64,000 nt of DNA from Octopus vulgaris. Lineage: Eukaryota. This document shows, piece by piece, positions 12,244-25,135 of this stretch. How positions within the stretch are numbered: position 1 is the first letter of the stretch; every line of letters starts with the position of its first letter. The stretch covers positions 40,920,001 through 40,984,000 of the forward strand of contig OX597824.1 in the NCBI GenBank assembly GCA_951406725.2, given 5' to 3'. The position numbers and the translations under genes are program-made. Under the pieces are notes generated by a model that worked only from the letters and a program-made list of their open reading frames with translations, was not told the DNA's origin and ran no database searches.

Positions 12244-15129
12244 TGTTTATTTGTCCATCAGTTGAAATATTTTAATACAACAGTTAATGTTTATCAAGTA
12301 ATCAAGAGTTGCAATTTGATCAAGCCTTTACCTGAGGCTCTTTATTAGTCTAAATTTTCTTGCTTTTAATTAATCTACTCAATAAATAATTTGTCTGCTA
12401 AAAAAATCAGTGCATATAAAATTGACAACCTGTGTATTCAAACTAGTGATAAAATATTTAATGCACACCATTGACAATCTGTTTTTTTTCTTTTTCTGCC
12501 TTTTGTTCTTTGCCTTTTTTACTGCATTTTAAAGCTGTTTACTACTTATGCTTTGTCATTCTAACACAGTTCTGTGTATGAATGTAAATAGAGGCTTCAA
12601 TGCTTTTTCACATTTTATTTGGCAGATGGAAGACATGTATTTGGTGTATTTTTTTTGTTATGTAATGGTATATTTTGTTAGGCTTCTATCAATTGCTGTG
12701 TCTATATTTGTATAAATTACTACTGTTAGCTTTAATTATTTTTTGAAGTTCATATAATATTCAGTAACTGGTATTTGATGGAATGGAAGTAGTTGGAAGT
12801 AAAAGATTTCTCTAATCTTATGAAATGATTTCAGTGGTGGTGGGGAACACTTTGTAACACGTTTTAAGGGCTCTGTTGGGACTGTTTCAGTTTAAAATTT
12901 TATGTCCTTGGGAAGGCATAAACTTAATCTATTATTTCTGAGATTTCCTGCCCCTTTAGGAAATTATTATTTGCTCTTCCTCTACCTTTTTCTCTTATAA
13001 TTCAAGGTATCATGTTTAGATTAAAACAAAAAGAAGTAAAACACTTCTTGTTGCTTGTATTGTTTTCATGTGTATGTGTGTACATAAAAGTTCATAATAT
13101 ATATAAAATATTCCAGTAATATACTGATGTTCTCAATATTTTACAGTATATACTTGTGTTGAGAATATACCTGCTGATTATAACATTTGAACTTGGAATT
13201 GAGAGATAGGGTTGTAAAGTGTTACATAGATAACTTGACATCTTACATATGTGAAACCAAGTGGAAAAGTTTATCAGCTACAATGATGGGAAGAAAGAAT
13301 AGGTGTACATTCTTCCAACTAAGTGATATTTCTTCAACTGGGGTGAAGCAGCTATATTATCGAAGATGTGGCTGCATAGCATAATTTATGTAGCTGGGAT
13401 GAAATATAGGAGTATAATTCTGTGTGCAGCCAGTGATAATAAATTTGACAGTTGTAATATTTACAATCATACTTTAAAGATGATTGAACAGATGAGTAGA
13501 GCCTGAACTGTTATACAACTAGATAACAAAGGTGTAATTATTGTAAGAAAGGAAAGTGGGATGTGGGAGTGATAAAATTGTTAGTGCATGGAGACCAATG
13601 TCTAACAGCATTTAAGTATTGAGTCATGACATTCTAAGTTCAAATCATATTGAGACTTTGCCATTCATTCCTGTACAGGTCAATAAACTAATTATGAATT
13701 ATATATTGAGTCCCTTGTTAAAGTAGGATTAACATATTTACAGCACTTCAGTTGTGCAACATGCACTAGAGTAGCTAATAGCATCAGCAACTATGGATTG
13801 AAGGCCGTTAAATGATTTTCACTGCTCTTGTTACTGTTAAAGCTTCCTGTCAGCGTCATCAAACAGACCTATGATCAGTAGTTTTCCAGCTGTGGCCACC
13901 CATCTTTTATTCTTGAAACGACCACCAAATCTGCTTGAAACCACACCTGACCATTTTATTAAAGGAAAGACACACTGCTATAGTAAACTTATATACAATA
14001 TAAGCTTACTATACCAATGTGTGTGTGTCTTTTGTTAAAATGGTCAGGTATGATTCAAAGCAAATTTGGCTATTGTTTCAAGAAGGTCGAACAGTTGCAT
14101 AATGGTACACACACACACAATCACTTTCTGTGGAGGTTATAACTCAGAAATTATTTTCGAGTAAAACTAAAGGTATATTCTTACACAGAATTGGTTGCAC
14201 AAATTTTGATCACTTGCAACATTTTATTTTATAAATTCTGTCACTCAAGTAGAATGCTACTCACTATACCTTTTAAGCACTTACTGTAGACTTATCACAC
14301 ATGGTTACATCATGGTACTTAAGCACTTTTTTGTTGTACATTGTTACGAGATAATTTGTACACCATATAACTTGGCAGCTTTGTTTTTTTTAATCATGAG
14401 TAAAGTTACTTTAAAAGCAGCACACCTGCATGAGTACATATAGGTATTTTGTTTTCAAATAGTAGTTCAAAAGTAGCAAGAGTAATCTGTTGTATATTAT
14501 ATTTCTTTTTTATTGTTAGAGTTGACTACTGTTTCATTACTTCCAGTTTTGTACTAACAAATATCAGGGACACCCCCCTCGACTCACTCACTCCTGATTG
14601 TTTCTATGGCATGAACACTGAAGTAATAGAACAGCAGAAAACTCTAAAATCAAATATGATACATGCATAGTTATATTAATAGGTCAGATACTGCTACTGC
14701 CACTGTTGTTTTGGCCCTTTACCAAACTCAGCTGAAGGTTTATTGTGATTAACCTCAGAGATGAATGGTCAAAGTTATGAAGGGTAGTCAGAAAGTAATG
14801 CAATTTTCATTTGCATTACTTTTTTACTCACCCTCATTGTCATGACCATCTTTTTTTTAATAATTAACATGCAATCATTTAAATTAGTAACCCAATTTCT
14901 TAGTTCACTAGGAAATGGGGAGTATAAAATATTTACCCAATTCTAACTCAGTAGCTGTTTCTTTTTCTGAGGGTTGTTAATTTTTGCAAATGGCTTTTTG
15001 TGATTTGGTTATGTTTATATTGGTCTTTTTTTTTTTTATTTTGTGTGTGTGCGTGTATGTGTGTGTGTTACAATGTGGCTACACTCTTGCATGGTTGTTG
15101 AGAAGATGGATATTTGTCTTGCTTATCAG

Positions 15130-15201
15130 GTGCCAGTTGCCAATCTGATCAGAAAGAAATTAGTATCACAGATAATGAAGACTTTCACACTGCTGCTGCA
15201 G
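15130..15201 (+). CDS. RALGAPA1: Putative exon (72 nt, phase 1-1): ASCQSDQKEISITDNEDFHTAAA
   Basis: cttatcag| acceptor, GCAG|gtgaga donor, open in phase 1 (a different frame from the ORF-track call). Confidence 0.7.
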
Positions 15202-15661
15202 GTGAGAATATGGCTTTTGCTTGTTCTGCATTTGTGTCTTGTTTGATAATTAATTAGTTATTCACTGAACCCAATCACATTTGCATGGTTCCTGACCTAA
15301 CCCAAATGAGTATATTTTTGAGGCATGCTTTTTTGTATTGTTATTTTCGATTTTAATGATAATTTTTACAGTATAATTCTGAGTATTAATTTGTCTGGTG
15401 GGTTGCCATAACTGTGTTTCAACTTCATGTCAAACTAGATATGGTTTATAATTATTATTATTCTGGCAGAATCGTTAGCATGCCGGACAAAATGCTTAGC
15501 AGCACTTTGTTCGTCTTTATGTTCTGAGTTCAAATTCTGCCAAGGTTGACATTGTCTTTCATCCTTTCAGGGTTGATTAAGTACCAGTTGATTACTCAGG
15601 TCGATGTGGTTGACTTTCCCCTTCCCCCAATATTTCAGGCCTTGTGCCTATAGTAGAAAGG

Positions 15662-15720
<59 letters not shown>

Positions 15721-18049
15721 GACAATGTTACTGTTGGCAATTTGGTAGAATTGTTGGAGCATTGGCTAAAGTGCCTTTACAGTATTTTTTCTTTGGTCTT
15801 TGTGCTCTGAGTTCAAATCTCACTGAAGTTCACTTTTTTTTGTAACCTTTTGAGATTGATAAACGGAACACCAATCCAAATCAGTGGATTTGTGGAATTG
15901 TTTGTGTTGGATGAAAATGCCTTGCATCTGTTCCAGCTCCTTGCATTCTGAGTTTAAATTCTGTCTAAAGATTAAAATCCCATCAATAGCCAGAAGCAGT
16001 TTCCCAATTATTTGACCACAATTAATTGTGGAGGGTTGCAGCCATTTACTGCTGCAGTCAGATGATGATGTTATTGCCATTTGTAGTAGTGTGTGATTTT
16101 GATCATAGTAACTAACAGTTAACTTTTTTGTGTTTGCCTTTCATTGTCTTTATAAATTTGATTATTTTGTAGTGTTATAATGTTTTACCTTTTCTAACAT
16201 TTGCCTGAAGCTTCCATAATTTTACCATTCTGCATGTGTTAATAATTTAGTGAGTTTTCTCCTTCCATTTGTCTGTAATTTTGCTAGGTTTTACCTCCCC
16301 CGTAGCATTTAGCATATTGATCTTCCTCTCTCTTTCACTAGTGCCTTGTGATTTTAACCCTCCTGTATTTGTTGCATGTATTGAATTTTTAGCCTAGCAA
16401 TATCTATAGCCTGTTTATGATTCTTAACTTCACTATATTTTAAAATATTTTGTATAACTTTTTTACTCTGCCAAATTTATTTTCTTGCCTTATATCTTTT
16501 CCCAGTGTCTGTTGATTAAATCTTGTTGCAGGGTATCATTATTGATCACTTTATTTATATACCTAGCCAAAACATGGGGAAAAGGTGGACATAGTTGATT
16601 ATATCAATTTTACTACTTAACTGAACATCTATTTTTTTAATAAATACTAATATTTTAACATGATAGCTAGTATAATAATCATGTTAAATCTGTTTGGAAA
16701 CAGGATTTGATTTCTTGCTTCATGAGTATTCTTTGGTTTTGATAGTGGTGCCCAAGAATGGCTGAAACTATTGAAAGACTGAAACTGATGATTCATTATT
16801 CTAGTATTCAAAAGTTCAAAGTACATGTGATACACCTCATTAATCTGCAAGTTACACCCTGCAAAAATGGATTTCTGGAACGAGAGGGAATTATTGTTGT
16901 CTTGACATTCTAATTAGTGTCTGATGTCCAGCCATTTTTGTTTGATTTGGAAAAATTTTTGAGAATTTCTTTTATGCAGAGTGCGCCACACACTCTTTTT
17001 TTCCCCAAGTTATAAAATCATACTTCAGACCATTCCAACATAAACTTGGTTATTATATCTTGGAAACTGACAGTAGTTTTCAATGTTTGTGAGATATCAA
17101 GAAATATTTCAGTGGCTACCTACCTTTCTTTCACAGTTGATCCATATTGATGTTTACTCAGGTTGCAGACATTCATCAAAGTTAGACATCCGTCAAAGTT
17201 ACTCCTAAAACGTTTACTGAATGGTTTGAACAGGCCAAGCAAGGCTTATAAACTATGTGAATACATTCAACTGATTGTATGTTTATAAATACTTTTCTAT
17301 GTCTACTGCTGGTGATTATTTTATTGACTCTGTCAGATAACATTTCAAATCAATTATAGTTAAATTTCAATGCAAAATTGTTAGATACCATACTGCTTTG
17401 CAATTCAGTCATTGCTTATTCAGTCAAGAGACATATATTGCTGCAATGCTATGCTTTAATTAATATTGCCATCATGAAGAATAACTGAAATATTCTTGAG
17501 AAAGGCATGTTTAAGTTAGGACTTCTAGATCTTGCCCTAATAACAGCACTAAAACTCCTATAATATATTTCTTCTCTGGAATCTATAGCTTAAAATAGTA
17601 GAATTTTTTTTTTTAGCTTCTCTTAAAAAATAACCGAACGTTTTTCTGATATTTTGAGCTAATATCTTTCTCTGCTAAGAGAACTACCAAATGCTTCACT
17701 TGCACAAATATTTTGAAAGACAAAGCATCTATGTCTCCTTGTTTCTCTATTTCTGTCACTTTGTGTCGTCATCTTTTACTCACTCTCTGCTCTGTTTGAC
17801 TTTCTCCATATTTCTCCGTTTAACTCTAACTTTTTTACCACGTATAATTCTCTTTCTCTCTCTTTGACTCCCTCACTATCTCCTAATCTATTAGCCTATC
17901 TCCAAATCTACTACTGACTCTCTCTATTTCTCTTTCCTCTCTCTGATTCTCCAACACCCAGTATCTGACATTCTTCTCCCTCTCTGTCTAACTTTCTGTT
18001 GCTTTCTCTATCTGTCTAACTCTATTTTTCTTTACCTATCTGTCTCATG

Positions 18050-18585
18050 TTCTCTCCTCATCTGTCAGTCTTGCACCTTCTTCCAGTCTGTCAGTCTCGC
18101 ACCTTCTTCCAGTCTGTCAGTCTCGCACCTTCTCTCAGTCTGTCAGTCTCGCACCTTCTCCCAGTCTGTCAATCTCGCACCTTCTCCCAGTCTGTCAATC
18201 TCACACACTTTCCCAGTCTGTCAATCTCTCATAATCTCCCAGCCTGTAAGTCTCTCACACTCTCCCTCTATGTCAGTCTCTCACACTCTCCCACTATGTC
18301 AGTCTCTCACACTCTCTCACTATGTCAGTCTCTCCCACTCTCCCACTATGTCAGTCTCTCACGCTCTCCCACTATGTCAGTCTCTCACACTCTCCCACTA
18401 TGTCAGTCTCTCACACTCTCCCACTATGTCAGTCTCTCACGCTCTCCCACTATGTCAGTCTCTCACGCTCTCCCACTATGTCAGTCTCTCACGCTCTCCC
18501 ACTATGTCAGTCTCTCACACTCTCCCACTATGTCAGTCTCTCACTCTCTCCCACTATGTCAGTCTCACACTCTTTCCCTGTATGT
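18050..18585. repeat. 26-bp minisatellite (TCTCCCACTATGTCAGTCTCTCACAC), about 20 units
   Basis: Direct periodicity; explains ORFs in all three + frames. Confidence 0.92.
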
Positions 18586-18964
18586 CTCACTTTCTATCCA
18601 TATCTCCTCTCCTGTCACATCCCTCTCTCACATTATATATTAGTGACACTTGTTACTTGAGTCAATGTTAGTGGTGTCATGTGTCAGTGTATCGTGTAGT
18701 TTGATAGTACTGGTACTAAAATTAAAAACCTAGACCAGTTTTTTTTTTCTTTTTTTTTTTTTCTCTTCTTCATTTCGGAGTTAAAGTTCTGCTTTGATTA
18801 CCATAACCTTTTTCTTGGTTCAGCTTCTGATAAAAGAAGTATTGGTAAAATTCTGGAGATGTGTCAATGAGGTAACAAAGGAAAATGAAATATTAAAGAG
18901 TGCCTAATATTTAGCAGATGTTCATAGCTGGCTGTTCCATATTGAACTTTTCTGTCTATTGCAG

Positions 18965-19258
18965 GGAGACGCACATCATTGTCTGGAGGAGAGGATCAGG
19001 ACCATGAAGTAGCTGTGATAACCACCACCACGACGACAACCATGACGACGACAACAACAGCAGCAACAACCACCACCACCACAACAACAACTACATCATC
19101 CTCATCATCAACAACTGTGATACATGAAATCGAAGGCAGTGACAGTAGTACTGGTAACGGAAGCGAAAACATTACATGTACTGCATTATTGCCATCAACA
19201 GACTCCATGCTCGATGCTATCAGCTTAGAAAAGTCAGACTTGGAGAATTCCGGAAGGT
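18965..19258 (+). CDS. RALGAPA1: Exon (294 nt, phase 1-1) with poly-Thr/Ser tract
   Basis: ctattgcag| acceptor, AGGT|gtaagt donor; RRTSLSGGEDQDHE...TTTT...SLEKSDLENSGR. Confidence 0.8.
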
Positions 19259-19456
19259 GTAAGTGTTTGCTTGGTTTTTATTATTGAAGTTTTTGTCCCT
19301 CTGTTTTGTGGGATTTGCTAATGATTCTTTATTTTATTCCTTCTTTTATATTTTTAAACCTTTTGGTTCAAACTCTGTCTCAGCCAGAGATATTCTAAAT
19401 ATATTATGTGTTTTTGGAGTACCTGAAGTCTGTCAAAGGATTCTTTAAGACTATTT

Positions 19457-19760
19457 TTATCATCATCATCATCATCATCATCTTTTAACGTCCGCTTTCC
19501 ACGCTAGCATGGGTTGGACGATTTGACTGAGGACTGGCGAACCAGATGGCTGCACCAGGCTCCAATCTTGATCTGGCAGAGTTCTACAGCTGGATGCTCT
19601 TCCTAATGCCAACCACTCCGAGAGTGTAGTGGGTGCTTTTACGTGCCACTGGCATGAGGGCCAGTCAGGCGGTACTGGCAACGGCCACGAAAAATTTGTG
19701 TTTTTTTTTTTTTTACGTCACCTGCACACCGGAACAAGTGTCAGTAAGGCGACGCTGGTA
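19457..19760 (-). mobile_element. RTE-related SINE 3' part with (GAT)n tail; copies about 8368-8640, 24187-24340, 27890-28152, 29010-29195, 30846-31130, 34558-34780, 45750-46000, 60470-60735
   Basis: Shared GGAAGGGCATCCAGCTGTAGAAAC...CCAACCCATGCCAGCATGGAAA..GGACGTTAAA(TGA)n. Confidence 0.8.
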
Positions 19761-20409
19761 ACAATAGTTTAAATAGTTAAATGTGCTTCATACCATGAAA
19801 AAGAACTGAAGTCTATCACTTTGGATGCTTCTCTTTCTTCAGAAATTTGCAAATTTGTTTAGCATTTCATCTGTCTGATTTTATATTCTGAATTCAAATT
19901 CCACCAAGATTAACTTTGCCTTTCATCCTTTTGGGCTTGATAACCTAAGTTCTGGTTGAATACAGGGGTTGATGTAATCAATTTAACTCCTCTTCCAAAC
20001 TTGCTGGCTTTGTGCGTAAATTTGAATTCAGTATGACACAATATTGAGGTACATTGAAATAAGCTGTTATAGAGACACCTGTCCAACCCAAACTGATGTT
20101 AAAATGTGTGATGATAATGCCCCAGACTTTCAGCAGTTTATAAAGGTCAGTAACAATGTGGGAGGAAGTAAATTGTAGAGTAGGGGATTGAAGAGGTAGC
20201 AGGATACTGTTCAGCTGAAAAGGTGGGAGATGAATTAGAAATAAAAAAGAAGACAGGTGTGGATGTAAGGGGCAAATATCGCTTTTATCAACAATAAAAG
20301 AATTTTGACCAATTAATATTTTGTTGCTATTGACAGTATGTGATTAAGATTTTAGTGTTAATGTAACCTCTTTTATTTACCTCAAATATTGCTCTCTTTC
20401 TTTCTGCAG

Positions 20410-20586
20410 TGTCGCGGACGCCGTCAATAATGTCAATCCATTCTAAGTCAGATTCTCGTAGCCAGTCACCAACAAGTGAACTGGCTGTGGAACTCAATCC
20501 AAAAGACAGTCCTACTCCAGATCGTGATAGCTTACATATTGATGTTGTGGCTGGATCGGGGGCAGATGAAGGCCCCATAAATCGAG
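20410..20586 (+). CDS. RALGAPA1: Exon (177 nt, phase 1-1): SRTPSIMSIHSKSDSRSQSPTSELAVELNPKDSPTPDRDSLHIDVV...
   Basis: ctttctgcag| acceptor, CGAG|gtaaaa donor; SRSQSP and SLHID resemble RalGAP-alpha linker motifs. Confidence 0.88.
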
Positions 20587-21932
20587 GTAAAAATTTACTT
20601 ATCTTTTAACTTTTTACTGTTAGCCTGCATGGCTACCATGTAGGTTTACTTTTTAACTAATTTTGCCTTCAGTTGTCTTGTATTTACATCTGAAATAGCA
20701 ACTGTACATCATTGATGTGGTATAAGTTACTGCTGTGATTATGACAATTATAACTACGGTTATAATTAGTAGTATTAATAATAGTAAGGGTCTTACCCAA
20801 AGTGTTATATGATCATGTTCATTATGATGACTGGGATGACTGAAAAGAAAGATAATTGTAGGAAGAATTGTGACATCAAAAGATGTGGGATATAGATAAT
20901 AATTCTATTTTGTGTATGGAACCATACTTAATCTTATTATGAAGATTGTTCATAAACCCAAGTTAATGAGTGCACATGATCAAGAACTGCACTATTGTAT
21001 TTCTGTTTTTTCACTTCATATTAGACTCCTCTAACCTGCTATATTTGATTAACTACTCTCCAGTTAGGTGCAGATATTAAACTGTTGATGTATAGCAGAG
21101 TATAGTGATGATTTGACAGACGTTCACTGTTACTTATTTTATCTGTTATCACACAGAACATAGCATAAGCTTATAAAATTAGTTTTGCTATGGAGAGTTT
21201 TGATTTGAAATCCAAGTTAATGAGAATGCATTTATTGTGATTTCAGATCTTACTCAGCATACCTGACTCTTAGAGTCAGCATAAATAGATGATTATTTAT
21301 AAAAATTAGCTTGAATTAACCTTCACAGCAAGACTTTATAGTCTACCTTTGGCTGTGTGGTGGTTTAATGTATGATTAACTACAAATTGATAACACTGTG
21401 TAACACGATTTTTGTCTTTGAGTAGCAACTATTATTTCCTATTTGCTTACCTCTATAAAGTATGGAAAATGGCTAATATTTTCTTCAAACTTTGCTTTTG
21501 TTACATGTATTCAAATCCCAAAGAATCCCTATCAACACATGGCTGTGGTGCTACCCCACTACACCTGCTTATGATCAGAGATGCACGTATTGTCAGCCAT
21601 TAAGGAACATAATCAACTGGTTATGGTGAAGCAACTGACAAGCAAACCTGTTATTGAGCAGAATATTTGCTATAATGATTCTTCTGTTTCAGCAACTCAG
21701 TGCCGAATCTCTCTGAGATGTATTGGAAAATTGGTCAGTTTCAAAACATTGTTGTCCAGATCACAGAAGCAAAGTTTGAAGGGAATAGTAGTAATTGCCT
21801 TTGATTTCCAGATAGAAGCAGATAGGAAATAACACTTACTGACCAAAGACAAAAAAAAAAAATTGTCATGCAGTGTAATGACCTGAAGATGTAGTGATAG
21901 TAACAATAAATGTATATTTAACTCTCTTCCAG

Positions 21933-22135
21933 AGTCTATTGCTGGAGTGGACAATTTTGAGGAGTACAAGAGTGTACTGGCTGGTGGCTATATCATGGGT
22001 TGGACACCTGACGTTGCTGTGGTGCTGTGGCGGAGGATGCTGGGAGTGTTAGGCAATGTCAATGAAATAGAAAGTACTGAAATCCACACATCCGTCTATA
22101 AGTGTCTCCAAGGACTCATGGAGACAATGATTAAG
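21933..22135 (+). CDS. RALGAPA1: Exon (phase 1-0): SIAGVDNFEEYKSVLAGGYIMGWTPDVAVVLWRRMLGVLGNVN...MIK
   Basis: Conserved RalGAP-alpha motif; ttccag| and AAG|gtaaat. Confidence 0.95.
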
Positions 22136-22400
22136 GTAAATAGTGATGTAACACAGGTGTCTGTGTGCATGCATGTGAACACAGGATTTATGTGTCTGTG
22201 AGTGTTGGTGCATTTTAGTTTGTGTGTCTGTTGTGCATTCATACATACGAAATAGCAATGGTAATACTTGAACACAGAAGAAAAATGTAAACTATATTTA
22301 TTAATCAAGATATATGGGTTTGATTCCCCATCATTTTAATTCATTAAGCTACCATAAAAATAATCCTTTTTCTCAGCAGTGTGACAATTTGATATTTCAG

Positions 22401-22499
22401 ATGAGAGAAAATCTTGGAGTGACATTAGACAACCAATGTTCTCCAGCACCTCCAGAGTTGATTCCACCTCTCGCCATATTTTCTTCATGGTTATTTGAA
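22401..22499 (+). CDS. RALGAPA1: Exon: MRENLGVTLDNQCSPAPPELIPPLAIFSSWLFE
   Basis: tttcag| and GAA|gtaagt; conserved PPxLIPPL. Confidence 0.95.
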
Positions 22500-22518
22500 G
22501 TAAGTTACTTTTAAACCT

Positions 22519-22770
22519 TTAACTCTTTAGCGTTCAGGTTATTCTGTCAAATGTAATACTAATTTATTTATGTTGTTTTGAAATAGTCTTGCATTATCTT
22601 GTAGCTTTGAGATTTCAATGATGTAATTGTTTGATTTAAATGACATTGTCAGTTAAGTGTGACTGGACAGATCTGGCCACAGTTTGGTGTGACTGGATAA
22701 ATCTGACCAGTTTGAACATAAAACAAGTAGAACATTTTGGGCCAGATATGGTTTAAATGCTAAAGAGTTG
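22519..22770. mobile_element. ~220-bp TTAA-flanked piggyBac-type MITE; other copies about 27187-27412, 29628-29856, 31975-32187, 36414-36676, 47755-47968, 58992-59217, 60738-60952
   Basis: Family consensus TTAA-CCCTTTAGCATT...AATGCTAAAGGG-TTAA with shared internal sequence. Confidence 0.85.
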
Positions 22771-23104
22771 TTGCTCTTTTGGCACAAAGATGTTTTTCTT
22801 CTTCCAAAATTCAATTTATCTTCCCAACCACCAGTCATCTTTCTTGGGTTGATAAAATAAGAACCACTCAAATAATGTAGGGGTAGGAATGTATTATTAT
22901 ATTTTTGATTTCTGATTTTTGATTAAACAATTGCCTATTGTTTAATAATAGAAAAATGATTATAGTTATTAATTTGAATTTGTGTTTTTATGTGTTTTCC
23001 TTCTTTGTGTAACCCATGTCAGCATGGAAGACAGAGATTAAAAGATGATGATGACGCAGTATTAAGCTTTAAGTTATATTTTTAATGTTTCTGTGTTTTT
23101 ACAG

Positions 23105-23260
23105 TGTTTGCAGTTGCCGAACAGATACAAAAATAGCAAATTGATAGCATATCAACTCCTTTGCCAAATGTTTGTACGTCGTGACAATACATTTTTACCT
23201 TTGGATTCACTCACTCACTTCTATCAGGCCTTGCATTTGGGACTGGTTTCCCAGGAGCAG
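23105..23260 (+). CDS. RALGAPA1: Exon: CLQLPNRYKNSKLIAYQLLC...LTHFYQALHLGLVSQEQ
   Basis: ttacag| and CAG|gtaata; conserved LTHFY. Confidence 0.95.
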
Positions 23261-23299
23261 GTAATAATTTCATTATTTATTTTTTCAAGAGTATGAAAA

Positions 23300-23610
23300 T
23301 GCTTATAATGTGCAGTGCATGCATGGCAGAGTGTAAATGATTTGGGAGGAAAACTGGGTATAAGAGGCATCAGATGTTGTGTGCAAGAGAGAAGACTGTG
23401 TTCATTTATTCACGTGATGTGTATGGATGAGGACAGCTGCATAAAGAATTGCCAAGCTCTTATTGTGTAGGAGAGCTGTGGAAGGGATAGACCCAGGAAG
23501 ATGTGGGATGAAGTGGTGAGAAGGATCTTTAGATGCGGGCCTCACTGAGGAAATGACAAGGGACTGGGAATTGTGGCAATTTACTGTATTTGAAAAGATG
23601 TGTTAAGCTA
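23300..23610 (+). mobile_element. RTE-clade LINE 3' fragment
   Basis: Decayed RRL..HV..MDED..GRDRPRKMWDEVV..GLTEEMTRD translation. Confidence 0.7.
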
Positions 23611-23763
23611 AGTAAAAGCCCTGTCATTCATACATACAGGCTTGTCCTTTCAGGTGTTGGTGGCACATAAATGCAGCCATGTTGGTGCCGTGTAAACACA
23701 CCTGTGCCAGTGCTGTGTAACGCACCCATGCTGGTGGCATGTAGAAAGCACCCAGCAAACTCT

Positions 23764-24170
23764 TATTTCTTTATTACCCACAAGGGGCTACACACAGAGG
23801 GGACAAACAAGGACAGACAAAGGGATTGTCGATTATATCGACTCCAGTGCATAACTGGTACTTAATTTATCGACCCCAAAAGGATGAAAGGCAAAGTCGA
23901 CCTCGGTGGAATTTGAACTTGGAATGTAATGGCAGACGAAATAGCTATTTCTTTCCTACCCACAAGGGGCTAAACACAAAGAAGACAAACAAAGACAGAC
24001 AAATGACTTAAGTCGATCATATTGACCCCAGTGCGTAACTGGTACTTATTTAATTGACCCCGAAAGGATGAAAGGCAAAGTCAACCTCGGTGGAATTTGA
24101 ACTCAGAACGTAACGGCAGACGAAATACCGCTAAGCATTTCGTCCGGCGTGCTAACATTTCTGCCAGCTC
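23764..24170 (-). mobile_element. Dimeric SINE nested in another SINE, 16-bp TSD
   Basis: GCACCCAGCAAAYTCT at 23748-23763 and 24171-24186; retained CpGs suggest a young insertion. Confidence 0.82.
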
Positions 24171-24976
24171 GCACCCAGCAAATTCTGTTAAGTATTTGGT
24201 TTTAGGAGGGGCATCCAGTTGTAGAAACCATGACAAAACTGAAATAGAACCTGGCAGAGCCCTCTGGCTTGTCTGTTCTTGTCAAACAGTCCAACCTGTA
24301 CCAGCATGAAAAAGAGATGTTAAAGGATGGTGTTGATGATTTACAGAATTTGATTTCTTGTACATATTTGGAAAATGGTTTGATCTTGAATTATATGAAG
24401 CAACAATATTTTGTATTTTGGTAAGGTCATATTGGCTAGTTAAGTCAATATATACTCGCTGTTGTATTCATTCTTTTATTAGCTTGTATTGAAGTCTTTC
24501 ATCATAAACATACAAACAGGTCATTAACAACAGCAGTGTACCTAACTGAATTTTGTAATCAGTCTCTTCTTACTTCTGCTTGAAAAAATTGACAATGTAC
24601 CCATAAAAATGACCAGTGTGTTCATGTGTACATGTGTTATGTAACCAACACTCATTTTTAAATATATACAAAACAACTTGTTCAAAGTGGGTGCAGGGTT
24701 TAACTTGCAGCAATTAAATTGCTAAATTTAACATCATGTTTATGAAACTCCATCTTCAAGATTTAAAATACCTTATAAAATTATGACCTCTTAGACTTGT
24801 ACTAAAATTATTGCAATTATTTTCAAGTCTGTATATGCTCAAGAGTTTAGTGCTTACATATTTCATTTATGGCACTGGGTAGTAAAATTTAAGCTCGTAA
24901 TCATTCATGCATCCATTGTTCCTTGATAATCTTGATATATTTTTCTTGATTGTTTTCTGTATTTCTTCCACTACAG

Positions 24977-25105
24977 GATATGGTAAATGTTTTAGTGAAA
25001 CACTGTGGGCCTTGGTTTTTTTCCGCCCCTCTGCCAGGTTCAACACTGCTCATATTAGATTCGATCCATGCTGCTGGAACTATTATCTCTAGCTCTGATC
25101 CAGAG
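24977..25105 (+). CDS. RALGAPA1: Exon: DMVNVLVKHCGPWFFSAPLPGSTLLILDSIHAAGTIISSSDPE
   Basis: ctacag| and GAG|gtaagt. Confidence 0.95.
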
Positions 25106-25135
25106 GTAAGTGAATTACAAACACATCTCTATGTT

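Noticed and set aside
14552-14622. Perfect TACTAAC branch point followed by cag| and a DTPLDSLTPDCFYGMNTE frame
   Set aside because: The open frame is phase 2-0, incompatible with the phase-1 neighbours; phase 1 hits TGA; weak pyrimidine tract. At most a poison exon.
18047-18671. Three overlapping ORFs up to 198 aa
   Set aside because: Translations of the stop-free 26-bp minisatellite.
21693-21733. Possible small exon tttcag|...|gtcagt
   Set aside because: Length is not a multiple of 3, so it breaks the phase 1-1 junction.
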